Positions 1 through 11,294 of a stretch of DNA of 64,000 nucleotides are shown here, piece by piece. The notes under the pieces are model-generated. The model was not told the DNA's origin, made no database searches, and was given only the letters and a program-made list of their open reading frames with translations. This DNA is from a virus (Duplodnaviria > Caudoviricetes). The first letter of the stretch is position 1. Each line of letters opens with the position of its first letter. The position numbers and the translations under genes were made by a program. The stretch lies in the IMG/VR virus record IMGVR_UViG_3300042291_001013. One strand, 5' to 3'.

Positions 1-453
1 TTCCATGCTTGGCGTGCGGGGTTTCGTGAAGGTGTTAAGATGTGTTTGCAACGTGGACGCCGCCCCAGTATTGACGAGTTCAAAGGACAAGTACTTAGAA
101 ATTTGGACAACATGACCATATGGCACAACGTGGGCGCAGATGTTGAATACGGTGAGTGGGCCATTACCGGGGCTAGACAAGGTACCTACATGACCATGCT
201 CACAAACTGGGATCATATACAGGTGCAGGACTTTGACGCTCTTGCTGATCTGTGGTTAACAGTAAAGGACAGTCAGCCTCGTATACTTGCCAACCAGTTG
301 GGTCCAGAACTGGGCACACAACTAGACCTGCCCATGGCCATATTAGAAGCTGAACAATCAGCGTTTTTCAAACATCACTACAATTCACAGTGGCAAAACC
401 GTGGGGTAATGACTCGTGAAATAGATGTAATTAGACAACAAGAAGGATGGTAA
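1..453 (+). CDS. Partial (5'-truncated) glycosyltransferase-like protein
   Basis: Frame 1 is open from base 1 (FHAWRAGFREGVKM); same motif as WMAWRTAFREALKL in 19067..21286. Confidence 0.6.
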   Translation, partial: FHAWRAGFREGVKMCLQRGRRPSIDEFKGQVLRNLDNMTIWHNVGADVEYGEWAITGARQGTYMTMLTNWDHIQVQDFDALADLWLTVKDSQPRILANQLGPELGTQLDLPMAILEAEQSAFFKHHYNSQWQNRGVMTREIDVIRQQEGW

Positions 454-456
454 TCA

Positions 457-1377
457 ATGAAAAAATTAATAGCAACACTTTTGACTGTATTGGCATTGCA
501 GGCCCATGCACAAGTAATCACACTCAAATCTCCATACAATGCACAGCATGCTGGACATTCGGCCATATACAAGATATTTGAGCATGCTAACTCTAGCCAA
601 AAGAAATACACGTTCATGCTAGAACTCAAACCTGGAGGACAAGGTACTATTGCGTTGAAAGACATGGACAGGACTCCAGCCACAGCACTAGGGCTGATTG
701 CCGCGCCCTATGTACAAAATACCATCGACGGTGTATTAAACGAAGCAGACTACGTGCCTGTTACCAGTTTGGGAGATGCTTGTTGGTTCATTATTAGCAA
801 CGTGGGAGATGAAAAAGAAGGGGTCAAGAGTTTGCTATCTGCTTCTCCTGACTTGGTGGGTAGTGTTGTGGGCATTGGTTCAGCAACACACTTGGCAATG
901 ATAGAAATCAGCGACAAATTAAACAGACCTTACAGATACGTTAATTTTAAAAGTGCGGCTGAGGGCAATGTGTTGTTAGCTGGAAACAATGGTGTCAACT
1001 TTGGTATTGCACCCAATGCAGAGTTTTTGAACTTAAAAAATATTAATCCAAGCATGCAACGTCTTGCCATGCATTGCGAACGTAGACATCCACAAGCACC
1101 GCATGTGGCCACCACACGTCAACAAGGTATTGATGCACCGTATGTGTTTAATACTGTGTTGGCCAGTGTAAACATGCCTGTAGAACGCCGACAAGAAATT
1201 AAAACTATACTAGATAACGCTATACTAGCAATTGGGCAAGATCAAATCTTGGCAATTAGTGACTTTAATCCGCCAGTGTTTAGGCAACTCAATGTGGAAG
1301 AATACCACAAACAGAAAATGGTTGCAATGAAACGTGCATTGACCAAACATCGTTCAAAAATTGAGGCTGCAAAATGA
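457..1377 (+). CDS. Bug/TctC tripartite tricarboxylate transporter substrate-binding protein
   Basis: Signal peptide MKKLIATLLTVLALQAHA; KPGGQGTIA, VGIGSATHLA, PYRYVNFK motifs. Confidence 0.8.
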   Translation: MKKLIATLLTVLALQAHAQVITLKSPYNAQHAGHSAIYKIFEHANSSQKKYTFMLELKPGGQGTIALKDMDRTPATALGLIAAPYVQNTIDGVLNEADYVPVTSLGDACWFIISNVGDEKEGVKSLLSASPDLVGSVVGIGSATHLAMIEISDKLNRPYRYVNFKSAAEGNVLLAGNNGVNFGIAPNAEFLNLKNINPSMQRLAMHCERRHPQAPHVATTRQQGIDAPYVFNTVLASVNMPVERRQEIKTILDNAILAIGQDQILAISDFNPPVFRQLNVEEYHKQKMVAMKRALTKHRSKIEAAK

Positions 1378-2459
1378 AAAGAGTAGTACTGGCTGTTCCT
1401 GACCCTTGGAATTATTTTAATCAATTCCCTGACTACAGCCTAGCCATTATTAATCCAGACAGTGATCCTAGCCGCAAACAATATCTATTAGATAATTTAG
1501 ACTGGAGTTTGTTGGTCACGTGTGATAGCGCACAACATCGCGACGGTGGCGATTACGGCAACGAACAAATGGTAATGTACACTTCGGGCACCACTGGAGA
1601 TTCAAAGTTTTTTAGTTATTCTACTACTCAAGTACAGCATGTTGTTGATAACATAATTGCCAGCTACGAATTAACAGCCAATGATCGATTTTTAAGTGTC
1701 ATGCCCTTGTGGCACGGTCACGGACATATCTTAAACTATGTTGTTGCAAAAGTTGGAATGCAGGTACATCATGCTCGGCTGTCCGACTTGAAAAAACCAA
1801 TAGAATTTAGCCCAACTTGGGTGTCTGCAATTCCTGACATACTTAGAGTAATGTCACGCACCCAAAAATTCCCCAACTTGCGTTTTGCTAGATCAGCTAG
1901 TGTTGCATTGCCTGATCAAGTTTTTAATGATTTAAAAACATCTTTTAACACCCCGGTGATTGAATCTTTTGGCATGACTGAAGCATGTAGTCATTGCTTT
2001 ACCAATCCCTTATATGGTGAACAACGTATAGGAACCATTGGACTTCCTGACGGGATCAACGCAGACATACGCAACGGCAGCCTATGGCTGCGCGGCCCAC
2101 AATGTCACACAGCAGATTGGTTTGACACTGAAGACCTGGCCGAGCAAGATTCTGCAGGATATTACAAAATACTAGGGCGTAGGTTAGACCGATTAACGTT
2201 ACATGGGATCAAACTGGATCCATTAAGCATAGAAAATCAATTGTATAATCTCATACCGCAGTTGACCGAAGTTGCGGTGTTTGGAGAAAACAAAACAATG
2301 TGTGTGTATGTTGGCGATGTGGCCCCCAGTCGGGTGCGACAATCATTAAATGATATTTCTGCATATTGCAATCCTAAATTTCTCAAACAAGTTGAAAGCA
2401 TACCTAAAAACACCGCAGGAAAAATATCACGTTCACTGCTAAAGGAAATTTACAATTGA
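1374..2459 (+). CDS. AMP-binding acyl-CoA synthetase family protein (short form)
   Basis: YTSGTTGDSK, FGMTE, TEDLA, PKNTAGKI motifs. Confidence 0.85.
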   Translation: MKRVVLAVPDPWNYFNQFPDYSLAIINPDSDPSRKQYLLDNLDWSLLVTCDSAQHRDGGDYGNEQMVMYTSGTTGDSKFFSYSTTQVQHVVDNIIASYELTANDRFLSVMPLWHGHGHILNYVVAKVGMQVHHARLSDLKKPIEFSPTWVSAIPDILRVMSRTQKFPNLRFARSASVALPDQVFNDLKTSFNTPVIESFGMTEACSHCFTNPLYGEQRIGTIGLPDGINADIRNGSLWLRGPQCHTADWFDTEDLAEQDSAGYYKILGRRLDRLTLHGIKLDPLSIENQLYNLIPQLTEVAVFGENKTMCVYVGDVAPSRVRQSLNDISAYCNPKFLKQVESIPKNTAGKISRSLLKEIYN

Positions 2460-3166
2460 AAATTCTAGTAAACGGACCCAGTGTGTCACGAGGCCCAGGG
2501 TCGTGGCCTTACTTGTTGCAAGAGCACTACACTGCTGACCTTGTTAATTTGAGTCAAGCAGGTGCTGGAAATACCTACATTCACGAAACTACTGTAGCTG
2601 AACTTGCACAACGATCTTATGACCTAGTGGCAATCATGTGGGCAGATCAACAGCGCCTGGACATCAAAGTAAAAAACATTGATTATTTTCAAGATACCAT
2701 CTACACCAGTAAATTCCAAAAAACCATGAACGACTGGCCAGAGAAGATTGTGGAGCCTGTTAACGACCAAGACTATGTACAAGACAACTGGGTGTTTGGT
2801 TGCGGGTATATCAATACCAAGGATCCTTGTTTGGTAGAACTTTTTGACTCTTATTACCAGCACACTGATGTTGACTCTCGCTACTTTAGCAGTATCATCA
2901 AAATGATCAGTCTGCAGGGTGTGCTTAAAAATCTTGGAATAAAGTATGTGTTCTGTGGTGTACGTACTTTGCCATTGTTGGATCGCTACAAACATCTATA
3001 TCAGTTACTGGATTGGAATTGCATAATCAACGACTTTACTCCCCATCACGTGGCCTACCGGGACAACTGCTGGGAACCTGATCAAATCCACCCTGGTCCA
3101 GCCGCACACCGAGAATTTGCCGACCACATGATTGCTCAATTTCAACAAAGACATACAGTTACATAA
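2456..3166 (+). CDS. SGNH hydrolase-like protein
   Basis: NGPS, NLSQAGAGN, DQIHP blocks; TTG start. Confidence 0.6.
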   Translation: MKILVNGPSVSRGPGSWPYLLQEHYTADLVNLSQAGAGNTYIHETTVAELAQRSYDLVAIMWADQQRLDIKVKNIDYFQDTIYTSKFQKTMNDWPEKIVEPVNDQDYVQDNWVFGCGYINTKDPCLVELFDSYYQHTDVDSRYFSSIIKMISLQGVLKNLGIKYVFCGVRTLPLLDRYKHLYQLLDWNCIINDFTPHHVAYRDNCWEPDQIHPGPAAHREFADHMIAQFQQRHTVT

Positions 3167-4152
3167 TGATTAATATTCCGCACATTGATCTTAAGATTTG
3201 GAATCCTGAATTCAAAACAATTGAAATTGTTTCAGAGTTACAACAGCACAGCAGTGTGTCTATCAGCATTGACGGCGAAGGATCTGATTGTGAAACGCTG
3301 GGCTTGTATAAACTATTGGATGCAGTATGCAGTAACTTAGGTTACACCCCCGACGCCATAAGCATACACACTTGCAATCAATTAGAACATCATCCTTGCT
3401 ATAAAATTATCAAGCATCCACCGTTGTATATTCCCAGCGGGCAACAGTTTGCAACTCAGCACACGCTACCAGGGAAGCGTTGGGACACATTGAAACATTT
3501 TGGTATGTTTATTGGGCGTAGCAGTTGGCAACGACTGTGGATGGCCAGTCACACATGGAGTAACTACAGCGATAAAACTGTTATGACGTATCACTATGAC
3601 AGTAGTGTTGACTATCATCGCACACATTTAAGTTTTGATGAACTAGCACATCAAATAGGATTGCCCAAGGCAGTTGATACAGCTGGTAAGTTTATGCAAC
3701 AATTACCTATCAAAAACGAAGCTGTTGACAGCTATCCTATTCTAACTCCGGCACACTTTGCCATATCCAAACTGTACCCTGATTTTTTTGTGGAAATAGT
3801 ATGTGAAACTTTTTTAAGCGGTAACAGCTTCTACCCCACAGAAAAAACCTGGAGACCTTTTATATGTCGTACACCGTTTTTGACTCTGGGCCCACGTGGC
3901 TTTTTGGCAAACTTACATACGCTGGGGTTTAAAACATTCTCTCAGTGGTGGGACGAAAGCTACGATCAAGACGCAGACCTAGACAACGGACGGGTAGCTA
4001 TCAACTGCATACAGCAAACACAACAACGCTTGAGCAAATTGAGCACAGTAGAACTAGAAGGTATGTATATTGACATGAAAGATACTTTAGATTATAACTA
4101 TCAACACTTCATGCAGTTAAAAGAAAAGGACTTTGCAAAAATATGGCCATGA
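3166..4152 (+). CDS. GT10-like TEK-motif protein
   Basis: EIVCETF..FYPTEKTWRPF..GFKTF..DESYD. Confidence 0.55.
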   Translation: MINIPHIDLKIWNPEFKTIEIVSELQQHSSVSISIDGEGSDCETLGLYKLLDAVCSNLGYTPDAISIHTCNQLEHHPCYKIIKHPPLYIPSGQQFATQHTLPGKRWDTLKHFGMFIGRSSWQRLWMASHTWSNYSDKTVMTYHYDSSVDYHRTHLSFDELAHQIGLPKAVDTAGKFMQQLPIKNEAVDSYPILTPAHFAISKLYPDFFVEIVCETFLSGNSFYPTEKTWRPFICRTPFLTLGPRGFLANLHTLGFKTFSQWWDESYDQDADLDNGRVAINCIQQTQQRLSKLSTVELEGMYIDMKDTLDYNYQHFMQLKEKDFAKIWP

Positions 4153-5552
4153 ACAAAGGCGACGAAACAGTAGACAACAAGAGCCAGTTCCTAAACTCTG
4201 CTGAACAAATGGCAGAGAATCTAGGACCTGCACTGTGCTTGGCCAAGTGGAAGCAAGTAAGTCTGCACTTGCCCACAGGACTCAACAACTCATGCTACCA
4301 TCCTCCCTTGCACTCAATACCCATTGATGCTATTCAACGCAATCCCAGTGCCCTACACAATACTGAACACAAGAAAGCTCAACGACAGCAAATGCTGGCA
4401 GGCAACCGCCCTGCAGAATGCTCCTACTGTTGGAACATGGAAGATCAAGGCAAACTCAGCGACAGACACTATAGATCTGGGGAGCCCTGGGCCGCAGTGG
4501 ACTTTGAAAAGATTAAAAACTCCACTGGAGACGAAGATGATGTTATACCCAGTTATGTTGAGGTTAATTTCAACAACGCTTGTAACCTCAAGTGCAGTTA
4601 TTGCAGTCCCCAGTTTAGCTCTAGCTGGTCAGACGAAGCTAACCGTCTTGGTGCTTTCCCTACTTCTGCACCACATAATGCTCCTGAACACTTTACAGGG
4701 GCTAGACGTGTTATTCCCGCCAGGGAACACAATCCCTATGTTGAAGCATTTTGGCAGTGGTGGCCCACACTATACCCTGAGCTTAAACACTTTAGAATGA
4801 CTGGCGGGGAACCCTTGCTAGATCGAAACACCTACAGAGTATTTGACTATGTACTGGAACATCCCAAGCCTGATCTGCATCTAAACGTTACATCAAATTT
4901 TTCAGTGGACGAAAAGTCATGGCAACGGTACTTGGGCTATGTAAAACGCCTGTGCCAAGAGGGCAACCTAGAGCATTTTATGCAGTACGTGAGCCTGGAT
5001 GCCTGGGGCACACAAGCCGAGTACATACGCAATGGTTTGAATTTTGATCTGCTGTGGGACAGAGTAAATCAATTCTTGACCGAGGTACCCAGCTACAATT
5101 CATTAACGTTTATTGTTACCATGAACAATCTTTCAGTGTGCAGTCTTGAAAATCTTTTTGCCGGCATTTTGGGCCTGCGACAGACCTACTCAAAGACCTA
5201 TCAACGTGTGTGGTTTGATACGCCTGTGCTACGTGAGCCTGTGTGGCAAAGTTTACAAATCTTACCCGAAAGCTATGCTGAAAGACTGGAACACTTGTGG
5301 GCCTGGATGATACGCCAAAGCGAACAACCCAGCGACCCATTTCACGGGTTTAAAGATTATGAACTGGCTAGGTTGGACAGAGACATTGCTTGGATGCGAG
5401 CAGGGCAGGAAAAAGATCATGCCGTTGCCAAAGCAGACTTTTATAGATTCTTTAGTGAACACGATCGTCGACGCGGAACTGATTTTCTAGCAACTTTTCC
5501 TGAAATGCGAGCCTGGTGGGAGGAGTGTGCATATCATGCTAGGCAAACGTAA
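4143..5552 (+). CDS. Radical SAM protein with N-terminal twitch/SPASM-like domain
   Basis: CNLKCSYC, TGGEP; N-terminal C..SCYH..CSYCW. Confidence 0.9.
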   Translation: MAMNKGDETVDNKSQFLNSAEQMAENLGPALCLAKWKQVSLHLPTGLNNSCYHPPLHSIPIDAIQRNPSALHNTEHKKAQRQQMLAGNRPAECSYCWNMEDQGKLSDRHYRSGEPWAAVDFEKIKNSTGDEDDVIPSYVEVNFNNACNLKCSYCSPQFSSSWSDEANRLGAFPTSAPHNAPEHFTGARRVIPAREHNPYVEAFWQWWPTLYPELKHFRMTGGEPLLDRNTYRVFDYVLEHPKPDLHLNVTSNFSVDEKSWQRYLGYVKRLCQEGNLEHFMQYVSLDAWGTQAEYIRNGLNFDLLWDRVNQFLTEVPSYNSLTFIVTMNNLSVCSLENLFAGILGLRQTYSKTYQRVWFDTPVLREPVWQSLQILPESYAERLEHLWAWMIRQSEQPSDPFHGFKDYELARLDRDIAWMRAGQEKDHAVAKADFYRFFSEHDRRRGTDFLATFPEMRAWWEECAYHARQT

Positions 5553-6639
5553 GATCATTGTGGATGAATGGGCCGAAGTATGGGACTTGCTAAAGCCCCA
5601 TGCTGATGCTAGTTTTTGGCAGTGGCCCGACACACCTGATTTAGATGCAGTGTACGTTGTGGGCCGTGTGGTGCTACGTGATCGCTGGGCTGACATCACA
5701 GCCTGGGCAGACCAGCATCCAGGACAGGTTGTTTTTTCAAACCCTGCTGAAGGTTCTGAAACCATACTGCTACAGCTTCGACGACTGCGTATTACCGAGC
5801 ACATAATGGATCGGCGCATGGGATTGTTAACGTCGGGCAACTTAGGCATAGATTTGCCTTACTGCCAAACTGACTGTTACTTTTCAAACATTGTTGAATA
5901 CTTAGAGAATTTACGAGCACATGAAAGTGTGCCGCAGATGCGTCACAAAACACACAAGCCCTATAGCTTTCTCATGCTGAATGGTCGATTAAGACCGCAC
6001 CGCAAGGCCATGATTGATGCCTTGCGTGAGCGTGATTTACTGGATCAAGCACTATGGACCAATCTAAATGCCCAGGTTGAAATGGCCTTTACCAGCCAGC
6101 TGGTGACAGCGCAGACCGAGCCCATTAGACTGTTACCGCCCGAATACGAAATTGAACGTGCTCGACCCAACATGAGCACAGCACCTGAACATGTGTTTGC
6201 CAAGCATCATTTGTTTGGCGACACCTGGGGCGATGCCATTGTGAATCCTGATGCGTACATTGACACTTACTTTAGTGTGGTAACCGAAACCATTTATGAC
6301 TATCCGCACACGTTTAGAACTGAAAAGATCTGGAAGCCCATGATAATGGAGCACCCATTTGTTGTGGCAGCCAATGCTGGCTATTATCGTGACCTGCATC
6401 AGGCCGGATTTCAAACGTTCCACAAGTTAATTGACGAGAGTTTTGACAGTATAGCGGACCCACAGCAACGATTGGATCGCATAGTTGACACTGTGGCGGA
6501 TATCTGCTATAATGGTGCTAGTAGTTTCATGGCAGCAGCCGCAGATGTTTGTAAATACAATTATCTACATCTTCGCGAACACAACCGCCGCGAACGACAA
6601 CAGCTTCCTGAGCAATTGGCAAAATACATCAATGAATGA
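5527..6639 (+). CDS. GT10-like TEK-motif protein
   Basis: FSVVTET..FRTEKIWKP..HPF..GFQTF..DESFD. Confidence 0.55.
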   Translation: MHIMLGKRKIIVDEWAEVWDLLKPHADASFWQWPDTPDLDAVYVVGRVVLRDRWADITAWADQHPGQVVFSNPAEGSETILLQLRRLRITEHIMDRRMGLLTSGNLGIDLPYCQTDCYFSNIVEYLENLRAHESVPQMRHKTHKPYSFLMLNGRLRPHRKAMIDALRERDLLDQALWTNLNAQVEMAFTSQLVTAQTEPIRLLPPEYEIERARPNMSTAPEHVFAKHHLFGDTWGDAIVNPDAYIDTYFSVVTETIYDYPHTFRTEKIWKPMIMEHPFVVAANAGYYRDLHQAGFQTFHKLIDESFDSIADPQQRLDRIVDTVADICYNGASSFMAAAADVCKYNYLHLREHNRRERQQLPEQLAKYINE

Positions 6640-7978
6640 TTTGGAATTTAGACAGCAGGTGCTAGACCCTATTAGTTCTAGTTTTTGTGCGGCCAAGTGG
6701 TACAATGCGACCATTTGGTTGGGGTCAGGCATGACAACAAGTTGTCACCATCCCCCGGCCCATTTGGTGGACAAAGATAAAGTCCGTGCCAACCCTAGGC
6801 TCCTGCACAATACTGATCAAAAGAAAGCAGATCGTGCGCAAATGCTTGCTGGAGAGCGCCCAGCAGGTTGCGAGTACTGCTGGAAAATTGAAGACATGGG
6901 ACGCGATGCTGTGAGCGACCGTGTGTACAAAAGCAAAATATACTCCATCAAGGCACTAGATGACGCTAGAAATACACCCGCCAATAACGACGTTAACCTA
7001 CGCACCCTGGAGATTGCTTTTGATCGTACTTGCCAGTTTGCTTGTAGCTATTGCAACCCTGCATTTAGCACAACATGGGTTAATGATATTCGACGTAACG
7101 GAGCCTATACCAACCTTGTTAGTGATGGGCGCAACCATTTCACTCACACTCATGACAGTAGTCAGAAGTACAAAATTACAGAAGCTAATCCATACATTGA
7201 TTCTTTTTTTGCATGGTGGGACTCGGATCTGCATCACACACTGCAAGAGCTCAGAATCACAGGCGGAGAGCCCCTTATGTCAGCCCACACCTGGAGACTC
7301 ATTGACTGGTTTAAAGAGCATAAGGGCAAGAGTACTACACGCTTGGCTATCAATAGTAACCTGGGAACTGATGTCGATATTGACCGTTTACTCTCGAGTA
7401 CTCAGGGCATGCAAATAGACCTGTACACTTCAAACGAAGCACTAGGATCGCAGGCCGAATACATACGCGATGGCTTGGTTTGGGCGGACTGGGTCAACAA
7501 TGTCAATCGCTTGTTAGACAGCAAACAGTTCCGTGGTATACATGTGATGTGTACCATTAATGCCTTGTGCTTGGACAGTTTAGATAGTCTATTAGATTGC
7601 ATACTAAATTGGAAAACCAAATACGGACGTGAAGCCATTAGTTTCACATTGAACATCTTGCGTTTCCCCAGCTTTCAAAGCCCGCTGATACTGCCCACAG
7701 CATCGAAAACACACTATAAAACAGTGTTGGAAACTTGGTTGTTACAAAACAGTCACAGTGAATTCTTGCACGAACACGAGATCAATCATTTACAAAGATT
7801 AATTGATTACTTGGATGTGGTAAAAACTCCGCACTCAGACACATTTGAAATGCCCAAGCTACTGAATGACTTTAAACAGTTCTTCTCACAGTATGATCAA
7901 CGTCGCGGCAAAGACTTTGGCACTGCGTTTCCCAATTTAAAAGACTGGTATGACTCAATACAAATACAACAGCACTGA
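6632..7978 (+). CDS. Radical SAM protein with N-terminal twitch domain
   Basis: CQFACSYC, TGGEP, SCHH..CEYCW; start moved to ATG 6632, overlapping the upstream stop. Confidence 0.9.
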   Translation: MNDLEFRQQVLDPISSSFCAAKWYNATIWLGSGMTTSCHHPPAHLVDKDKVRANPRLLHNTDQKKADRAQMLAGERPAGCEYCWKIEDMGRDAVSDRVYKSKIYSIKALDDARNTPANNDVNLRTLEIAFDRTCQFACSYCNPAFSTTWVNDIRRNGAYTNLVSDGRNHFTHTHDSSQKYKITEANPYIDSFFAWWDSDLHHTLQELRITGGEPLMSAHTWRLIDWFKEHKGKSTTRLAINSNLGTDVDIDRLLSSTQGMQIDLYTSNEALGSQAEYIRDGLVWADWVNNVNRLLDSKQFRGIHVMCTINALCLDSLDSLLDCILNWKTKYGREAISFTLNILRFPSFQSPLILPTASKTHYKTVLETWLLQNSHSEFLHEHEINHLQRLIDYLDVVKTPHSDTFEMPKLLNDFKQFFSQYDQRRGKDFGTAFPNLKDWYDSIQIQQH

Positions 7979-9212
7979 TCTAGTTCGTGCCACAGAGCTA
8001 ACTGACCGTGAAGAATTCTTGTTAAAAGAATCCAAAACCTTCTGCATGTATCCTTGGATTCATTTGCATGCCTATCCCACCGGCGAAGCATATCCTTGTT
8101 GTCATGCTGAAATGAAGCCAGGCATTGTGGGCAACTGTAGAACCAACACACTAGCGGAAATATGGCAGGACCAGCCCATGCAAAAGCTACGTGCAGACAT
8201 GTTGAGCGAAACTCCCCATGCCGCCTGCACACGCTGTTATGAACAAGAAGAGTCGGGCTTTTTTAGTGGCCGTAAGAGTGCAAACAAGCATCATGGACAT
8301 CACATAAAGAAGCTGGCGGAAAATCCTTTTGAAATGACCTATTGGGATATTCGTTTCAGTAACCTATGCAACCTAAAGTGTCGTAGCTGTGGACATATCT
8401 TTAGCTCACAATGGTATCAGGATCAAGCCAAGCTGGCAGGGCCAGAATGGAAAGCTCGCAACACAGTTCTTAACTATGCTGGCCGTACAGAAACAGACAT
8501 ATGGTCGCAACTGGAGCCCCATTTAGACTATGTGGAACAGATATACTTTGCAGGTGGTGAGCCATTATTAATGGAAGAACACTACAGAATCTTGGAAGAA
8601 CTTGTTAGACGCGGCCGCTTTGATGTGCGTTTAATATACAACACCAACTTCACACACACTGATTTAAAGGGCCGTAGTGTATTTGATTACTGGAAGCAGT
8701 TTCGATCAGTAGCAGTGGGTGCTAGCCTAGACGATTCAGGCACCAGAGGCGAATACATACGCAAAGGCACTGACTGGGCTCAAGTAGAACAGAACCGCAG
8801 AGACATGTTGCGTGTGTGTCCCGAAGTGGACTTCTATATCAGCCCTACCCTGAGCATCTTGAATGCTCTGCACTTGCCGGACTTTCATCGTGACTGGGTG
8901 GAAAAGGGCTTGATTCGCGCTCAGGACTTGAATGTAAATATCCTACAAGACCCTGCATACTATAGAATAGACATAGCGCCTGCCGAATACAAAGGCGTGT
9001 TGCTGGCCCGATACCGCGAACATATTGAATGGCTTCGCAATCAAGACCCCTTGCAACGAGCCACAGTGGGTTTTGAAAGCGCCATTACTTTTATGACAGC
9101 CACAGACAATACTCATTTAATAGACTCTTTCTGGCGTAAAACACATGAGCTTGATGCCATAAGAAATGAATCAATATTGGATACAATTCCAGAATTACGA
9201 GCACTAAAATGA
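7950..9212 (+). CDS. Radical SAM protein with N-terminal SPASM/twitch domain
   Basis: CMYPW..PCC..CTRC; CNLKCRSC; AGGEP. Confidence 0.9.
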   Translation: MTQYKYNSTDLVRATELTDREEFLLKESKTFCMYPWIHLHAYPTGEAYPCCHAEMKPGIVGNCRTNTLAEIWQDQPMQKLRADMLSETPHAACTRCYEQEESGFFSGRKSANKHHGHHIKKLAENPFEMTYWDIRFSNLCNLKCRSCGHIFSSQWYQDQAKLAGPEWKARNTVLNYAGRTETDIWSQLEPHLDYVEQIYFAGGEPLLMEEHYRILEELVRRGRFDVRLIYNTNFTHTDLKGRSVFDYWKQFRSVAVGASLDDSGTRGEYIRKGTDWAQVEQNRRDMLRVCPEVDFYISPTLSILNALHLPDFHRDWVEKGLIRAQDLNVNILQDPAYYRIDIAPAEYKGVLLARYREHIEWLRNQDPLQRATVGFESAITFMTATDNTHLIDSFWRKTHELDAIRNESILDTIPELRALK

Positions 9213-10423
9213 ATATACCACATGACAAATTCTGTGTACTGCCCTGGGTGAGCCTAGAAGCCTCACCCATAGGTACTGTGCGCCCTTGCTGTTTGGCCGA
9301 TGATGAAATTGTGGACAATGCAGGCCGCAAGTTTGAATTGAGCACTGCTGACTTTGCAGACATACAAAACAGTGATCACATGCGTGGGTTGCGAGAAGAA
9401 TTTTTGGCAGGCAACAAGCCACAAACATGTAGAAAATGCTGGAATGAAGAACGTGGTGGTCGTACTTCAAAACGCATGCACACCTTGGACAGACTCAAGC
9501 ACAGTATTGCACACACTGAATGGACAGCAGATGCCAAGCCGCTAATGTTCTTGGATCTCAAGCTGGGCAACATCTGCAATTTAAAATGCCGTATCTGCGG
9601 TTCATGGTCGAGTAGCCAGTTTGCCGCAGAAGAAATTGCACAGTTGCCCCCTGAAGAAAAGAAAAAGTCACACGCTTATACTATGCTACGAGCCGGGGCT
9701 TGGCCCAGAGAGAACACTCAGTTCTGGCAGCAGATTGATTCAGTTGTAAATGACATACGCTATATAGAGTTTACTGGTGGTGAGCCGTTCATGATTGAAG
9801 AACACTTTGCAATGTTGCAGGGCATAGTGGATCGTGGTATTGCGCATCAAGTGGAAATACACTACAACACAAATGGCACACAGTATCCTGAGGCAGCAGA
9901 GGCAATATGGCGGCATTTTAAAACAGTAGAAATAGCATTCAGCTTGGACGACGTGGGTGAGCGCTTTGAATATCAACGCACAAACGCTGTGTGGGCAGAT
10001 GTGTGTGCCAACCTAGATCGTTTCCGTGACTTAAAAGAAATCCACCCCAATATTGAACTGCAAGTATGCACCACAGTGAATGTGTTTAACGTGCGTTACC
10101 TTGGGGACATTGCAGCCTGGTTAGAACGCAATCGCAAAAGTTTTACGTTTGTGTACTGGAATATGATGCACGATGCTTGGTACTTCAGTATCGCTTGCTT
10201 GCCTGACAGGGTCAAACGGGCCATTACTGAATATCTCAATGGTGTTGACACCATTTACAGATCAGAATTTGATCGCATAAGAGACTTTATGAATTCAGGT
10301 GCGTCAACTGATGGGTTCATGACTAGAATGAAAATAGCAGATCTAGACCGCAAACGCAATCAGGATCTACAGGCTGTAGCGCCAGAGTTAGCTGAGCTGA
10401 TTGAGTACAATAAAAATGCCTAA
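9209..10423 (+). CDS. Radical SAM protein with N-terminal SPASM/twitch domain
   Basis: CVLPW..PCC..CRKCW; CNLKCRIC; TGGEP. Confidence 0.9.
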   Translation: MNIPHDKFCVLPWVSLEASPIGTVRPCCLADDEIVDNAGRKFELSTADFADIQNSDHMRGLREEFLAGNKPQTCRKCWNEERGGRTSKRMHTLDRLKHSIAHTEWTADAKPLMFLDLKLGNICNLKCRICGSWSSSQFAAEEIAQLPPEEKKKSHAYTMLRAGAWPRENTQFWQQIDSVVNDIRYIEFTGGEPFMIEEHFAMLQGIVDRGIAHQVEIHYNTNGTQYPEAAEAIWRHFKTVEIAFSLDDVGERFEYQRTNAVWADVCANLDRFRDLKEIHPNIELQVCTTVNVFNVRYLGDIAAWLERNRKSFTFVYWNMMHDAWYFSIACLPDRVKRAITEYLNGVDTIYRSEFDRIRDFMNSGASTDGFMTRMKIADLDRKRNQDLQAVAPELAELIEYNKNA

Positions 10424-11294
10424 GTTAGTTTATGAATCTCCAGGATCGTTAAATTCACAATGGATTCAGCCCATTGTGGAACAATACTTTACGGTAGAGC
10501 CATACCGGGCTGATCAATATTATGATCGTCACACATTGCTAGTGCAAAATCAACCTGCCATAACACCTGCTGGACAACGCATTCAAGATCAGGGCGGCAC
10601 AATAGTATTTGATAATTTATGGGAACAGCCTTGTTCATGGACCGGTGGGTATAGACTGGAACACGCCAATTGGTTCTGGTACAACGAAAGTCTGCACTAT
10701 CAACATCTAGGTTACGATCAGTATGAACCTGTTCGCAGTTATGACTATTTGGCACTGATTCCCATGCGTAAAATACACCCACACAGAGACTGGTTGTTGC
10801 GGGCCCTTGAGCCCTGGCTAGATCAATGCGTTTGGAGTTACTTGGAACGCGGACGCAGTCTGCCCAATGATACAGACACTTCTGATCTAAAAGGACAACG
10901 TTACATGAATCCCGAGTGGTACAACCGCACTTGTTTTAGCATAGTGGCAGAAAGCACTGTGAGTGCCAGGGAAATTTTTATCACTGAAAAGACATTCAAA
11001 CCCATGGCATTTCAACATCCGTTTGTGGTGTGGGCGCAGGCAGGTGTGCTGAAAAGACTACAAGATCTAGGATTTGAAACGTTTAAAAACTTATTTGATC
11101 AAGCATATGATTCTGAGCCAAATGATCGCCGGCGCTTGGCTCTGCTGGTTGATGCAGTAAATGATTTCAAGCCAATAGAGTACAGCAAAGAAACTGTGCA
11201 AAAATTACAGCACAATCACAATCATTTCTTCAGCAACACCGTTGCCCAGCGTGTGCAAAAAGAAATAGTAGAACCATTAACAGCACTGATATGA
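10416..11294 (+). CDS. GT10-like TEK-motif protein
   Basis: FSIVAES..FITEKTFKP..HPF..GFETF..DQAYD; start taken at ATG 10416. Confidence 0.55.
   Translation: MPKLVYESPGSLNSQWIQPIVEQYFTVEPYRADQYYDRHTLLVQNQPAITPAGQRIQDQGGTIVFDNLWEQPCSWTGGYRLEHANWFWYNESLHYQHLGYDQYEPVRSYDYLALIPMRKIHPHRDWLLRALEPWLDQCVWSYLERGRSLPNDTDTSDLKGQRYMNPEWYNRTCFSIVAESTVSAREIFITEKTFKPMAFQHPFVVWAQAGVLKRLQDLGFETFKNLFDQAYDSEPNDRRRLALLVDAVNDFKPIEYSKETVQKLQHNHNHFFSNTVAQRVQKEIVEPLTALI

Noticed and set aside
6485-6631. Upstream start of the second radical SAM gene
   Set aside because: It overlaps the previous gene by 155 nt; ATG 6632 at the stop overlap fits the operon pattern.
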